A DNA stretch of 63,840 nt, filler included, from Octopus bimaculoides (GCF_001194135.2; 6 parts of 6 records of this genome joined end to end with filler, not necessarily neighbours in it), one strand, 5' to 3'. Positions 39,302 to 52,685 are shown, counted from the first letter of the whole stretch. The notes: generated by a model not told the origin, from the letters alone. A program made the numbers and translations.

Positions 39302-39639
39302 NNNNNNNNNNNNNNNNNNNNNNNNNNNNNNNNNNNNNNNNNNNNTTAATTAATTAANNNNNNNNNNNNNNNNNNNNNNNNNNNNNNNNNNNNNNNNNNN
39401 NCAAATCTCAGAACCGTCTTGTCATACTATTGAGAAATCTTCTCTTATTGAAAGAAAAAAGAAAGAAAAAAAACAAGCAACATAACATTTTATTATCCAG
39501 GCAATGGCGATAAAAAGGACTTTATTTGGAGAACTCTCTTGCCAACATCCGTTCGCTTCAACATACAAAAACAACAAAACAACAAATAAAATAATGATGA
39601 CCTCTTTCATTCTATTAATATTTATCTCATAATAATGAC

Positions 39640-39692
39640 GATAATGATGATGATAATAGTGGTTATGATACTACTACTACTACTACTACTAC

Positions 39693-39764
<72 letters not shown>
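39640..39764. repeat. (GAT)/(CTA)/(TAA)n compound trinucleotide microsatellite
   Basis: Direct reading; (TAA)n at 39696-39764. Confidence 0.95.
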
Positions 39765-39766
<2 letters not shown>

Positions 39767-39939
39767 GTAGCGCGGTACAGTACAGCTAGCCGTCATTCTA
39801 AAGTGCTATGATTTAGAAACGTTTATTACGTTTTTACTTATAGCTTTAACGACAAGTAGACATATCCACATTGTCGGTCCCCTCACCCCTGAGTTAACGG
39901 TGCATTCAGGATGTAACTGTTGGTTAAAGAGAGTGGAGA

Positions 39940-40770
39940 AAAGAAGAGGAATTACGGGGCCTGTTCATGCAACAAGCTGTAGATATTGGAAATCAAAATA
40001 GTCGCTGGAAACCTGAAACGAGAAACTGTTTCAGCTATTATAGTTGCTCGGGTATAAGCCATTAATATGAACTTGATAAAGATAAAGACTGATAAAACTC
40101 GAGCGGGAAGCAAACGCAGGATGTGTAGAAAAGCGGACTAAAGTATTAACTATCTCCTAAGTGAATGTAGTAAGATAGTACACAAAAGAATATAAATGCA
40201 GACATTAGTGTGTCTACATCTTTATCTGCCAGTTTGTGTGAAGGTACTAAACTAGGACTAAAACGAATATAAACGTAGGAATGAATGTGTCGATAAAAGA
40301 GCGCGTCGGAATGTTAGTCAAGTTTGTCGATTCGAAATTACGGGAAAATATTACCACGAGCCAGAGGTTATGAGAGCGAATGATGATTAGTTTTATCGGA
40401 TGTTTTTCATAGAAGCTGACTATACTGTTAAAATAAGGAGACCAGATGTGATCGTAGAAAACTGAAAAAAACCCAAAGAAACATAGATTTTGAAATACCA
40501 TATTATAGTAGATTGAATATCAATGGCGTTAAGAAAACTGAGATCAAGAAATTGCGAAAGTTTGGGGAGAGAATTGTTTCGATGGTTAATTGATGTACGT
40601 GGTGCAACACCCGAATTGCAACATCAAAGGATCGTGAATATCGAATTTGAGACACATGTTGTCGACCTTCAGAAGAATGCCTTCTTGTATGCATTCTGCA
40701 CAAACCTTACGAAAGATTCTTCAAATTACAGAAGATTTGTTGCCGCAAAACCTTAGGATAATATCCCTCC
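39940..40770 (+). mobile_element. R4/NeSL-like (RLE-endonuclease) non-LTR retrotransposon, 3' remnant
   Basis: GNLKRETVSAII, KTDKTRAGSKRRMCRK, INYLLSECSKIVHK-EYKCRH, KIRRPDVIV (40436-40456), IDFEIP and LRKILQITEDLL, matching the CCHC plus RLE C-terminus of R4-type elements; stops and frameshifts. Confidence 0.85.
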
Positions 40771-43067
40771 TAATCAAATCAACATGTAATAGATTTTGTT
40801 ATTATAAAAATGATTATGATGATGATGACTACGATGACGACGACGATGATTATGATGGTGGTGGTTGTGAAGGTAGTGTGGTAGTGGTGATGAAGCTAAT
40901 GATGATGATGATGATGATGACAGTGATAACGATCAAGAGGGTGATGATGGTTAATTTCGAATCTACACAATACCAGAAGAAAAAAAAAATGTTTTCGTGA
41001 ATATTGAATTTTAATGAAATCATACGATGTTCGCAGGCATTCTTCTATTCATCTCGCTTTTCAAATTAATTTCATTCCTTCTCTCTTGAGTTTCATCACA
41101 AAAATAATGTCCAAAAGCTCAAAAATAAGCAGAAATTACTTTTAAATCGGGTTTAAATTATTGATATGAAATTTTGTTTTGTTTCTCCTTAGTGCTTTAT
41201 CTGTAATTGTTTTCGTTTTCTGTGTGAATTGTTTACTCATGACTATTGGGTTAGCCGAGGCAGGAGGACGCTGAGCTAGTCTTAGTCTTCGTTAATAATT
41301 TCATTCACAAATAATTTCTATTGTAGTTCCAGAGCAAATAAGTTTAACTTTCGCTTTTAGACTCCAGAGACAATAAAATATGCATTACGAAAATGATTTC
41401 AATCAAATATATTTCTCTCTCTCTCTCTCTCGTTCTCTCTCTAACTAGATATGGAAAGAAATCAAGAGATCAACAACATTGTACATTAAGAGCCATGATG
41501 GTTGAAAACGAAAGGTATAAAATTCCAATGATAATCCGGGTGGAGTGGTTGTAAAGTGGTTCAGGAGAGGAAGCAAAGATCCGAGAAGAAGGTAGGAAAG
41601 GAGAAGAGGGTCCAAGAGAGGGGCAAGTTTAGTCAGGCAGGATCAACTGGGGGGATATAGATATATAAGACAGGCCTTGACTCCGGTTAAAACAAAATTA
41701 TTAGTTATAACGTTGTGACAGACGCTCTCAAGCAATTTCTCTGACTATATTTTTACAGGTGGTTGTTTAAGTCTCACATCTTAAATTCCAACATTTATTT
41801 TTTTTTAACTATTGGCGCTTTCGCTAAATTGTTGTGAAGCTTGAATGAAATATCACCAATAAGATGAAGAAAAAAAAAGAAAGAAACAAGAGAGCAAGTA
41901 AAATGGTAAAAAATGATGATGGTAGTGGCGATGCTGGTGGCGGCGATAGGATTGGTTGTGGTGGGGGTAGTGATGAGGATGATATTGGTTATGGCTATTG
42001 TTTAAGGCTGCTTTTCATCTGAAGCCTGATTGAATGGTCAAAGCCTGTGCATTTTAACCGTTTGGCCATATTCGGCCCAGATATTCGACCTGTTTTATGT
42101 TGAAACTGGCCAGACTCTACTTCTTGCACTTATCTTACAAGGCCATTCAAAAACTAAACAATCTCGTCATCGAAATCTCAAAGCTTGAAGATAATTCACG
42201 ACTAATTGAAAATAATGCGAATAAATAAGAATTACATTTGACGTTGTAATCTGTATAATGTAGACGTCTTGACACCAAATAAAAGCGGACGTCCAAAACC
42301 ATTTAGCGATTGGCATTCGTAGAACCAACAAGGGATACAGAACCAAACAAATGTCTAGACAACTTTATCAATGGCCCCATACCCCAGGAGGCATAGTGGA
42401 TGACTACAAAAGTGTACAAATATTTACAACACTCTTTCGTTTTACCACTTTCTAGTAAAGATATTGCACTAATATGTAGGGCAGTTAAAGTTCTAAAACA
42501 ATAGACGAAGGGTATTTAACAAGTAGAGTAGCTGGGGATGAGGATAAGTGGGAGTGGGACGACTGAGGTGGGGGTGAATGAGAGCTGGACGAGTGGTGTA
42601 GGAGCGGTCTGCACCGGGGGCTCTTTTAACTGTGGGGAGAAGTTTTGCCTTTGTCGTATAAGCCAGCTTGGGGATTCCTCGAGGGGTCTGCGGCAAACTC
42701 GTATGCTGCCCTGGGCGGTAGAAGCTACATCACTGTATTTAAACCCTTTTAATACCAACCCGCCTGAAACCGTCCTTAGTTCTATGGTGCAAAACCCACT
42801 CTCAAAGTGATCAGAACTGAGACCTTCCATTAAAGTTTTATGCTAATTTATGTCCCAAACACCAGTTAAATCATAACGGTCACGTTAATAAATTCTACCA
42901 TATCGTCAAAATAAATTAGAACTCGAAGACCATGTGTTTTAAGAGAAATATGGTAACGAAAGGCTTAACTTCACTACATTTTCTTAGGTTTCTGATAAAT
43001 TTCTATCAACCAAAGTATTAGTAAGGTGAAAAATGTTGAAAATTATTTCCTGATATCAATAGAAGTT

Positions 43068-43199
43068 GCTTATCAACCACATGGTTCCGGATTGTGTCCC
43101 ACTGTGTGGCACCTTGGGCAAGTGTGTTTTACTATAGCCTCGGGCCGACCAAAGCCTTGTGAGTGGATTTAGTAGACGGAAACTGAAAGAATCCCGTTG

Positions 43200-43246
<47 letters not shown>

Positions 43247-43920
43247 NNNNNNNNNNNNNNNNNNNNNNNNNNNNNNNNNNNNNNNNNNNNNNNNNNNNNN
43301 NNNNNNNNNNNNNNNNNNNNNNNNNNNNNNNNNNNNNNNNNNNNNNNNNNNNNNNNNNNNNNNNNNNNNNNNNNNNNNNNNNNNNNNNNNNNNNNNNNNN
43401 NNNNNNNNNNNNNNNNNNNNNNNNNNNNNNNNNNNNNNNNNNNNNNNNNNNNNNNNNNNNNNNNNNNNNNNNNNNNNNNNNNNNNNNNNNNNNNNNNNNN
43501 NNNNNNNNNNNNNNNNNNNNNNNNNNNNNNNNNNNNNNNNNNNNNNNNNNNNNNNNNNNNNNNNNNNNNNNNNNNNNNNNNNNNNNNNNNNNNNNNNNNN
43601 NNNNNNNNNNNNNNNNNNNNNNNNNNNNNNNNNNNNNNNNNNNNNNNNNNNNNNNNNNNNNNNNNNNNNNNNNNNNNNNNNNNNNNNNNNNNNNNNNNNN
43701 NNNNNNNNNNNCTGTGCTTGTCCTCCAATATCGCTTGACAACCGATGCTGGTGTGTTTACGTCCCCGTAACTTAGCGGTTTTGCAAAAAGCGACCGATAG
43801 AATAAGTACTAGGCTTACGAAGAATAAGTCCTGGGGGGTTGATTTGTTCGACTAAATGTGGTGCTCCAGCATGGCCGCAGTCAAATGACTGAAACAAGTA
43901 AAAGAATAAAAGAATAAACG
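43068..43920 (+). mobile_element. SINE family A with expanded internal microsatellite (gapped)
   Basis: Well-preserved head before the gap and family tail after it. Confidence 0.82.
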
Positions 43921-43974
43921 TTAATTTTACTCCAACGTTTACAGGACGAAAACATCACACTACTCTCTAACATT

Positions 43975-44160
43975 CTTTTCTACTTAGGCACAAGGCCCGA
44001 AATTTTGGGGGAGGTGGAGGGCAGTCGATTAGATCTACCCCAGTATGCAACTGGTACTTAATTTATCGACCCCCGAAAGAATGAAAGGAATTTGAACTCA
44101 GAACGTAAAGACAGGCGAAATACCGTTAAGTATTTTGCTCGACGTGCTGACGTTTCTCTA
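43975..44160 (-). mobile_element. SINE family B
   Basis: Reverse complement of the family B core. Confidence 0.7.
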
Positions 44161-44264
44161 ACATTAAATACAATTGATTGATCTCATTTTCAGCTTGCCA
44201 CACTCTATCTCTACGAGTATCTTTTGACTGATAAATTATATAAAGTATGTAACACTTGATCTTT

Positions 44265-44917
44265 TGCATGTTTCCCTCATTAGATCGCAGCCATGGTGGC
44301 GCACCGCCTTGAAGTGTTTAGACCAAAGGTTCTCAACCCATTTTGGCCAAAGGCCCCCTTTTGATCCTTGGAGTCACAAATACCCCCACCCCAACCGAAA
44401 ATAGTTTTATTTTTCAATATACTACTTATTTTGATATCAGCAGATAATGATTTAAAAAAATAAAGGACATCGTTTTGCATATGAGCTTGTACGCAGTCGG
44501 GAGTACAGATGTACGCAGTTGGGAGTACACATGTACGCAGTCGGGAATACAGACGAACAAATTGAAATGCAAAAACAAAAACGAAATAATGAATTGAAAG
44601 TTTGGTAATTGCGTTTATTTCCATCACGTGACACTTATGAGATCAACATGTTGTCTATCGAAAGAGTGCTCTTTGGTACAAGAGAGCCCCTTTGCTCCAG
44701 AACGCCCCCGCCCCACCACTCGAGCTCCAAATACCAGTCCCCTCCACTCGAAGGGCCACATGGACCCCTTTGAGAACCTTTGGTTTAGACGAACAAATTG
44801 ACACTAGTACTTAATTTTAAGTCTGGCTTTTGTCACATCGCCGAACCGCTCAATTACGAAGACATAAACAAATCAGCACCGACTGTCAAGTGGTAGTAGG
44901 GTACAAATAAACTTAAA

Positions 44918-44987
<70 letters not shown>

Positions 44988-45190
44988 ACACTCACTCACG
45001 CACACGCTTATATACACACACAAGCAAGACGGGCTTCTACATAGTTTCTGTTTACCAAATCCATTTGCAATGCATTGGTCGGGCCGAAGCTTTTGTATAA
45101 GACACTTGCCCAAGGTGCTGTAGTGTGGGAGTGAACACGAAGCCATGCCATGTGGTTGCATGCTTCTTAACCGTACAGCCATACTTGCAG
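44265..45190 (-). mobile_element. SINE family A split by a hAT MITE
   Basis: Tail at 44265-44323 resumes at 44783; internal (CA)n; reversed head at ~45020-45190. Confidence 0.78.
44324..44782. mobile_element. hAT (Charlie-like) MITE, 459 bp
   Basis: TIR CAAAGGTTCTCAA/TTGAGAACCTTTG; exact 8-bp TSD GTTTAGAC (44316-44323 and 44783-44790); internal 3 x 22-bp tandem at 44488-44553. Confidence 0.9.
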
Positions 45191-45217
45191 CCATACAGAA
45201 CCTTATATTTCAATATA

Positions 45218-45337
45218 CAGGGTGTCCACAATGTCTGGATACACGGAGTAAATAAAATCATAACATAATTAAATAAAATTGTTTTGTTTTAAAAGCATGT
45301 GTTAATCCTCATGTACCCAGACTTTATGGACACCCTG
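45218..45337. mobile_element. Tc1/mariner MITE, 120 bp
   Basis: ~28-bp TIRs CAGGGTGTCCA.AA.GTCTGG.TACA with TA on both sides. Confidence 0.9.
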
Positions 45338-45374
45338 TATATATTAACCATTTGACAGACATATTAGTTTCAAA

Positions 45375-45570
45375 TTTTGAAATAAGGCCGGCATTTTCGG
45401 GAGAGGGGTGAGTCGATTACATTGACGCCCAGTACTCAACTGGAATTTATTTCATCGACCCCGAAAGAATGAAAGGGAAGTCGACCTCGGCGGAATTTGA
45501 ACTCGTAGCGTAAAGACGGACGAAATGCTGCCAAGCATTTTGCTCGGCGTACTGATGATTCTGCTGCCAT
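45375..45570 (-). mobile_element. SINE family B
   Basis: Reverse complement of the family B core. Confidence 0.72.
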
Positions 45571-45944
45571 AATTTTGACAGACATATTAAAACAGAAAAC
45601 GATACAAATGGTTGATAAACACATATGAATAATCTACGTTAAACGAAGTTTAGTTCCAAATCCAATGGCGGAACCATTAGCAAGAATATAAACTGGCATC
45701 ATACAAATCAATATTTACAGAAGTTGCTTCGTTCGCTTTTCCATTCTTTTGTTTCCATTATGCGTCCTGTGTTCTTAATATTTACAGGTCAATATCCGGA
45801 GTAACAAAAATCAAAAGGAGAAAAGGTAAAAAAAAAAATACTGCTATCACTTCCAAGTTATTCTTTCTTTCATATATGTATGCATGCGTATGTGCGTGCG
45901 TGCGTGGCAGGAGTTATTTGTATGCGTGTATGCGTATGTATGTG

Positions 45945-45989
<45 letters not shown>

Positions 45990-47135
45990 AGTGTGTGTGT
46001 GTGTGTGCGTGTGTGAGTGTGTGTGTACGTGTTGGTGTCTTTCATGTCAGACGCATTGAGAATTTCTTGATCCTTCGCTAATTGNNNNNNNNNNNNNNNN
46101 NNNNNNNNNNNNNNNNNNNNNNNNNNNNNNNNNNNNNNNNNNNNNNNNNNNNNNNNNNNNNNNNNNNNNNNNNNNNNNNNNNNNNNNNNNNNNNNNNNNN
46201 NNNNNNNNNNNNNNNNNNNNNNNNNNNNNNNNNNNNNNNNNNNNNNNNNNNNNNNNNNNNNNNNNNNNNNNNNNNNNNNNNNNNNNNNNNNNNNNNNNNN
46301 NNNNNNNNNNNNNNNNNNNNNNNNNNNNNNNNNNNNNNNNNNNNNNNNNNNNNNNNNNNNNNNNNNNNNNNNNNNNNNNNNNNNNNNNNNNNNNNNNNNN
46401 NNNNNNNNNNNNNNNNNNNNNNNNNNNNNNNNNNNNNNNNNNNNNNNNNNNNNNNNNNNNNNNNNNNNNNNNNNNNNNNNNNNNNNNNNNNNNNNNNNNN
46501 NNNNNNNNNNNNNNNNNNNNNNNNNNNNNNNNNNNNNNNNNNNNNNNNNNNNNNNNNNNNNNNNNNNNNNNNNNNNNNNNNNNNNNNNNNNNNNNNNNNN
46601 NNNNNNNNNNNNNNNNNNNNNNNNNNNNNNNNNNNNNNNNNNNNNNNNNNNNNNNNNNNNNNNNNNNNNNNNNNNNNNNNNNNNNNNNNNNNNNNNNNNN
46701 NNNNNNNNNNNNNNNNNNNNNNNNNNNNNNNNNNNNNNNNNNNNNNNNNNNNNNNNNNNNNNNNNNNNNNNNNNNNNNNNNNNNNNNNNNNNNNNNNNNN
46801 NNNNNNNNNNNNNNNNNNNNNNNNNNNNNNNNNNNNNNNNNNNNNNNNNNNNNNNNNNNNNNNNNNNNNNNNNNNNNNNNNNNNNNNNNNNNNNNNNNNN
46901 NNNNNNNNNNNNNNNNNNNNNNNNNNNNNNNNNNNNNNNNNNNNNNNNCATATACATATACGTATAGATATATATACATATATATATAGATATATATATA
47001 TATATACATATATTTACGTGTACAAATTCGTATACATTCATACACATACATACACACACACATATACATATACGTATAGATATATATACATATATATATA
47101 GATATATATATATATATACATATAAATGTATAAAT

Positions 47136-47199
<64 letters not shown>

Positions 47200-47364
47200 G
47201 AGTATGTGTGTGTGTGTGTGTATGTGTATGTATTAATGAAGAAAATGTGAATTTCTTAGCTTCTATGTTAACTTTCTTGAAGGAAAATAATTAATTTAAA
47301 AGTGAAAATTTGCGTTAAATGACTATCCTAGTCGTCGTCGTAGTCGTAGACCACGTCCTCCTCC

Positions 47365-47399
<35 letters not shown>

Positions 47400-47999
47400 C
47401 TCCTTCTCCCTCTCCCCCTCCCCCTTCCCCACACCCACTCCTGCGCCTATATATATATACATACACACATATATACATATATATATATACATACATGTAT
47501 ACACATATATACACATATATACACACACGCACATATCTATATACACTATGTATGCATGTGTATATGCAAGTATGGCCATATTTTATAGGTAATTACGTCT
47601 GCATCTCCGGTGTTATTTGATTAGTTAATATTTTACACATTTTCTCTTCTTTAACAAGTCACGAGGAGGATTGCTGCCACATTTCTGGTGTTTATTGAAA
47701 AGTTCAGTGACCCTGCTCTTCCTTCTCCCTTCTCCCCCTCTCTCTCAGACTTTCGCTCATCCCTCTCTTTTGTTCCTTGCTTTCTCTCTCTTTCTCTCCC
47801 TCCCTTCCTCTCTCTCTATCTCAATAATGACACCGACATTACAACAAAAAATACATGTCCGACGTTATGTAACATTGTGAACGTGAGAAGCTGATGTTCA
47901 CCTTATTGTTATTCTAGACAAATGAATTCGAAGTTGTAATGTACAGCAACAGAAATTATAAAATAACAAATACACGCCTACTCACCAATGCCTATGTCT

Positions 48000-48072
48000 G
48001 TTCGTATGTATGTATGTATGTATGTATGTATGTATGTATGTATGTATGTATGTATGTATGTATGTATGTATG

Positions 48073-48122
<50 letters not shown>

Positions 48123-48130
48123 CCTGTCTG

Positions 48131-48201
<71 letters not shown>

Positions 48202-48210
48202 GTCTACCTG
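48000..48210. repeat. (TATG)n(TATC)n microsatellite
   Basis: Direct reading. Confidence 0.95.
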
Positions 48211-48616
48211 CCTAGCTCGCAGCTTCATGTGAAACGTTAATCCAAACACGTTTTTATTCCCTCTCTGTTTCTAACCCTCACCACCACCACCACCACCACC
48301 ACCACCACCATCTCTTTTTTTTTTTGTTTTGAGTATCAAACTAACACGCTTCGTTTGCTATTCATTCGTCTGTCTCTGTCTTTTGTCTTTCTGGTACGAT
48401 TTTGAACCATCTATGTCTGCATGTATGTATATCATTATTCAGTTTGATTTCAAGATTTTTTTTTTTGCCAGCAGAGAAAGAGCCGATCTCTAACTTAGAT
48501 CCAAGGCTCCTTCATTGGAATTTCAGCATCAACAACAGGGTATTTTTGTATGTATGTATGTATGTATGTATGTATGTATGTATGTATGTATGTATGTATG
48601 TATGTATGTATGTATA

Positions 48617-48647
<31 letters not shown>

Positions 48648-49149
48648 GCATATTTGTATATGTTGCTTTATGTCTGTATTCTCATGCATATAGTTGCATA
48701 TCTNNNNNNNNNNGATCCAAGGCTCCTTCATTGGAATTTCAGCATCAACAACAGGGTATTTTTGTATGTATGTATGTATGTATGTATGTATGTATGTATG
48801 TATGTATGTATGTATGTATGTATATATATATGTATGTATGTATGTATGTGCATATTTGTATATGTTGCTTTATGTCTGTATTCTCATGCATATAGTTGCA
48901 TATCTAGACATGCTCATATATATTTAAATAATAAACTTCTGGAAAGTTTTACAGATTTTTTCAGGTAGTCTTCGATTTAGTATTCGAATTAGCTTTCTCC
49001 TTTCTGGTTTTGAGAAGCCTAATTTCTCAAGACTGGTATTTAGGCAATGTGTTACATACATTATTTACATTTCTATATTTAAGAGATGCGGAATTATGTA
49101 CATTATTTAGAGTATTTACATATGATGGATATTTGTCCTCATCTATTCC

Positions 49150-49795
49150 TTAAGGCGGTGAACTGGCAGAAACGTTAGGATACCAGACGAAATGCTTAGT
49201 GGTATTTCGTCTGTCTTTATGTTCTGAGTTCAAATTCTGCCGCGGTCGACTTTGTCTTCCATCCTTTCGGAGTCGATAAATTAAGTACCAGTTGCGTACT
49301 GGGGTCGATGTAATCGACTTAATCCCTTTGTCTGTCTTTGTTTGTCCCCTCTATGTTTAGCCCCTTGTGGGCAATAAAGAAATAAGAAACGTTAACACGT
49401 CGGGCGAAATGCTTAGTGGTATTTCGTTTGTCTTTATGTTCTGAGTTCAAATTCCGTCGAAGTCAACTTTGCATTGCATCCTTTCGGAGTCAATAAATTA
49501 AGTATCAATTGCGTATTGGGTCGATCTAATCGACTGGCCCCCTCCGTCAAAATCTCGGGCCTTGTGCCTAGTGTAGAAAAGGATATTCCTATTCCTCAAA
49601 AGCTGGCAGAAACGTTAGCACGTCAGGCAAAATGCATAGCAGCATTTCCTTTCTTTTTACGTTATGAGTTCAAATTCAGCCATAGTCGACTTCCTTCGGG
49701 GTTGATAAAATAAGTACCAGTCAAGTACTGGGTCGATGTAGATGATCTTCCCCCACTCCTGAACTTGCCGGCCTTGTACCAAACTTTGAAACCAA
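49150..49795 (+). mobile_element. Three head-to-tail SINE family B copies
   Basis: gaaacgttag...ttctgagttcaaatt...gtcgat core at ~49170, ~49388 and ~49610. Confidence 0.82.
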
Positions 49796-50179
49796 TAGTT
49801 CTCTTCCTCATTTGTTATATTCTTGTTATATTCTGTCTGTCTGTAAACCTCGCCATCTTTTTCTATATATTTACATGTACATGTGCCCGCGCGAGCGTAT
49901 GTGTGCGTGTGTGTATGGGGGGGATNNNNNNNNNNTTGTTTGAGTGTGTGTGCGTGTGAAAGAGTAAGAGAACTCTCGATACACGTAAGCGGTTTCTTTC
50001 AATTGAATTCCTTTCTCGCCACTCGTCATCAGGCGGGAGTTACTGTAGATCTGTTCTTTTACAGACATCGGTATAGGCTAATTTTTTTTTTTAACATCTC
50101 TTGATCTGATTGGCCGATTCCTTTTCATGAGTGCTGCCTGCAACTGATCGATGTTCTTTTAAATATTTTATTCCATCGT

Positions 50180-50400
50180 AAGGCAGTGAACTGGTAGAAT
50201 CATTAACATGTCGGGCGAAAAAAATGCTTAGCGTCATTTCGTCAGTCTTTATATTCTGAGTTCAAATTTCGCCGAGGTCAGCTTCGCTTTTCATTCTTTC
50301 TGGGTCGATAAGATAAATACCAATTGAGTCCTGGGGTCAATATAATCGACTTACTCCTTCTCAAAAATTGCTGGCCTTGTAACAAAACTTGAAACCAATA
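50180..50400 (+). mobile_element. SINE family B
   Basis: aaggcagtgaactggtagaatc head and conserved core. Confidence 0.75.
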
Positions 50401-50436
50401 TATCAATATTTTGTTTTATCGTTTTTGTTATGTAAT

Positions 50437-50550
50437 CATTTTACGTTTTTATTATGTAGAGTCATTTTACGTTTTGTTATGTCGAGTCATTTTACGTTTT
50501 TATTATGTAGAGTCATTTTACGTTTTGTTATGTCGAGTCATTTTACGTTT
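50437..50550. repeat. 51-bp (26+25) tandem repeat
   Basis: cattttacgttttt/gttatgt(a/c)gagt alternating subunits. Confidence 0.85.
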
Positions 50551-50879
50551 TTCATCGGCTTCTTTATATTTTGTTTAGTTGTTTTGATTTTTATGGTATT
50601 TCTTAGAGGACCTTATTACATCCATGGAAATTTTTCTGTTTATGAAGTTTATATTTGTGAATGTCTTTAGAGCGTATATTTTGTGTGTGAAAATTTGAAC
50701 GCTTTATATTTACGGAAACATGTACAGGAAAACATTTTGTATTTAAATGGAAATGTACAGGAAATCTTTATTTACGGTTTGTTGGTCATCTTGGACTGTA
50801 TATTTGGTAATTTCAGTGGAAACTTTTGTGATATCAAAATTATACCATGTTTTTGTGCATGTGATGCTTTTTGATAAAT

Positions 50880-51132
50880 ATATTTAGGAAGATGATGGTG
50901 GTATTGGCGGTGATGATGATGATGACGATGATAGTTGTAGTGGTTGTAGTGGTAATGGGGGTGATGGTAGTGGTGAAGAAGAAGAAGAAGAAGAAGATGA
51001 GGAGGAGGAGGAGGAGGAGAAGGAGGAGGCGGATGAAAGGGAGGAGGAAGAAGTAGGAGAAGAGAAGATGAATGATGTTGATGATAAGAAGAAAAAAATT
51101 AATATCATTATTATTATTATTATTATTATTAT

Positions 51133-51183
<51 letters not shown>

Positions 51184-51255
51184 AAGAAGAAGAAGAAGAA
51201 GAAGAAGAAGAAGAAGAAGAAGAAGAAGAAGAAGAAGAAGAAGAAGAAGAAGAAT
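50880..51255. repeat. Compound trinucleotide microsatellite (GAT, GTG, GAA, GAG, ATT, AGT, AGA)
   Basis: Direct reading; source of homopolymer ORFs. Confidence 0.95.
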
Positions 51256-52685
51256 TTAGCTGGCCGAAATTTGTAATTCCTGGTGCTAAATAAATCTTAC
51301 GGAAATTAAAGAAATGTACATAAGTGTCTAGACAGGATTGATCTATACAGATATGAACACACCTACAGTCATTATTTGTAATACAATATTCTTAGGAAGT
51401 GAAGATTAGTCTATGAGCATAGTAATTATACTTTGGTTAGAGTTATAGTTTGCTCTTAGTTTGTGAAAATTATGTCGGTTGTATTTTTATTGACCTGAGG
51501 ATGAATTTTTCCCTATGTGAGCAATTAGAGAAAGTCTCAGTTCTTCTATTTAAGGTGTCATCACTTGTCAATATTTTCTCTAATAAGCAAATTGCGATTA
51601 TATCACTTGTTTACGTGTGGTATTAATTCTTGTAACAATATTCAACACGTACACGTACATAAACACTCGTGTATCAGTATTTGTGTATATAAAACACGAA
51701 AGAAAACGCTGTACTACATATTATATATATATATATATATATATATNNNNNNNNNNNNNNNNNNNNNNNNNNNNNNNNNNNNNNNNNNNNNNNNNNNNNN
51801 NNNNNNNNNNNNNNNNNNNNNNNNNNNNNNNNNNNNNNNNNNNNNNNNNNNNNNNNNNNNNNNNNNNNNNNNNNNNNNNNNNNNNNNNNNNNNNNNNNNN
51901 NNNNNNNNNNNNNNNNNNNNNNNNNNNNNNNNNNNNNNNNNNNNNNNNNNNNNNNNNNNNNNNNNNNNNNNNNNNNNNNNNNNNNNNNNNNNNNNNNNNN
52001 NNNNNNNNNNNNNNNNNNNNNNNNNNNNNNNNNNNNNNNNNNNNNNNNNNNNNNNNNNNNNNNNNNNNNNNNNNNNNNNNNNNNNNNNNNNNNNNNNNNN
52101 NNNNNNNNNNNNNNNNNNNNNNNNNNNNNNNNNNNNNNNNNNNNNNNNNNNNNNNNNNNNNNNNNNNNNNNNNNNNNNNNNNNNNNNNNNNNNNNNNNNN
52201 NNNNNNNNNNNNNNNNNNNNNNNNNNNNNNNNNNNNNNNNNNNNNNNNNNNNNNNNNNNNNNNNNNNNNNNNNNNNNNNNNNNNNNNNNNNNNNNNNNNN
52301 NNNNNNNNNNNNNNNNNNNNNNNNNNNNNNNNNNNNNNNNNNNNNNNNNNNNNNNNNNNNNNNNNNNNNNNNNNNNNNNNNNNNNNNNNNNNNNNNNNNN
52401 NNNNNNNNNNNNNNNNNNNNNNNNNNNNNNNNNNNNNNNNNNNNNNNNNNNNNNNNNNNNNNNNNNNNNNNNNNNNNNNNNNNNNNNNNNNNNNNNNNNN
52501 NNNNNNNNNNNNNNNNNNNNNNNNNNNNNNNNNNNNNNNNNNNNNNNNNNNNNNNNNNNNNNNNNNNNNNNNNNNNNNNNNNNNNNNNNNNNNNNNNNNN
52601 NNNNNNNNNNNNNNNNNNNNNNNNNNNNNNNNNNNNNNNNNNNNNNNNNNNNNNNNNNNNNNNNNNNNNNNNNNNNNNNNNNNNN

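Noticed and set aside
43068-43200. tRNA genes at SINE heads
   Set aside because: A/B-box-like motifs are present but there is no complete cloverleaf, and they continue into SINE bodies.
44488-44553. 3 x 22-bp direct repeats as a CRISPR-like array
   Set aside because: No spacers, no cas genes, eukaryotic context; it is internal to a MITE.
48498-48905. ~200-bp tandem duplication across a 10-N gap
   Set aside because: Unique parts are identical and only microsatellite length differs, typical of unmerged contig overlap.
49965-50045. Minus-strand CTGATGA...GAAAC with partial stem I pairing
   Set aside because: Stem II has no closing pair and position 1.1-2.1 is mismatched; at best a dead relic.
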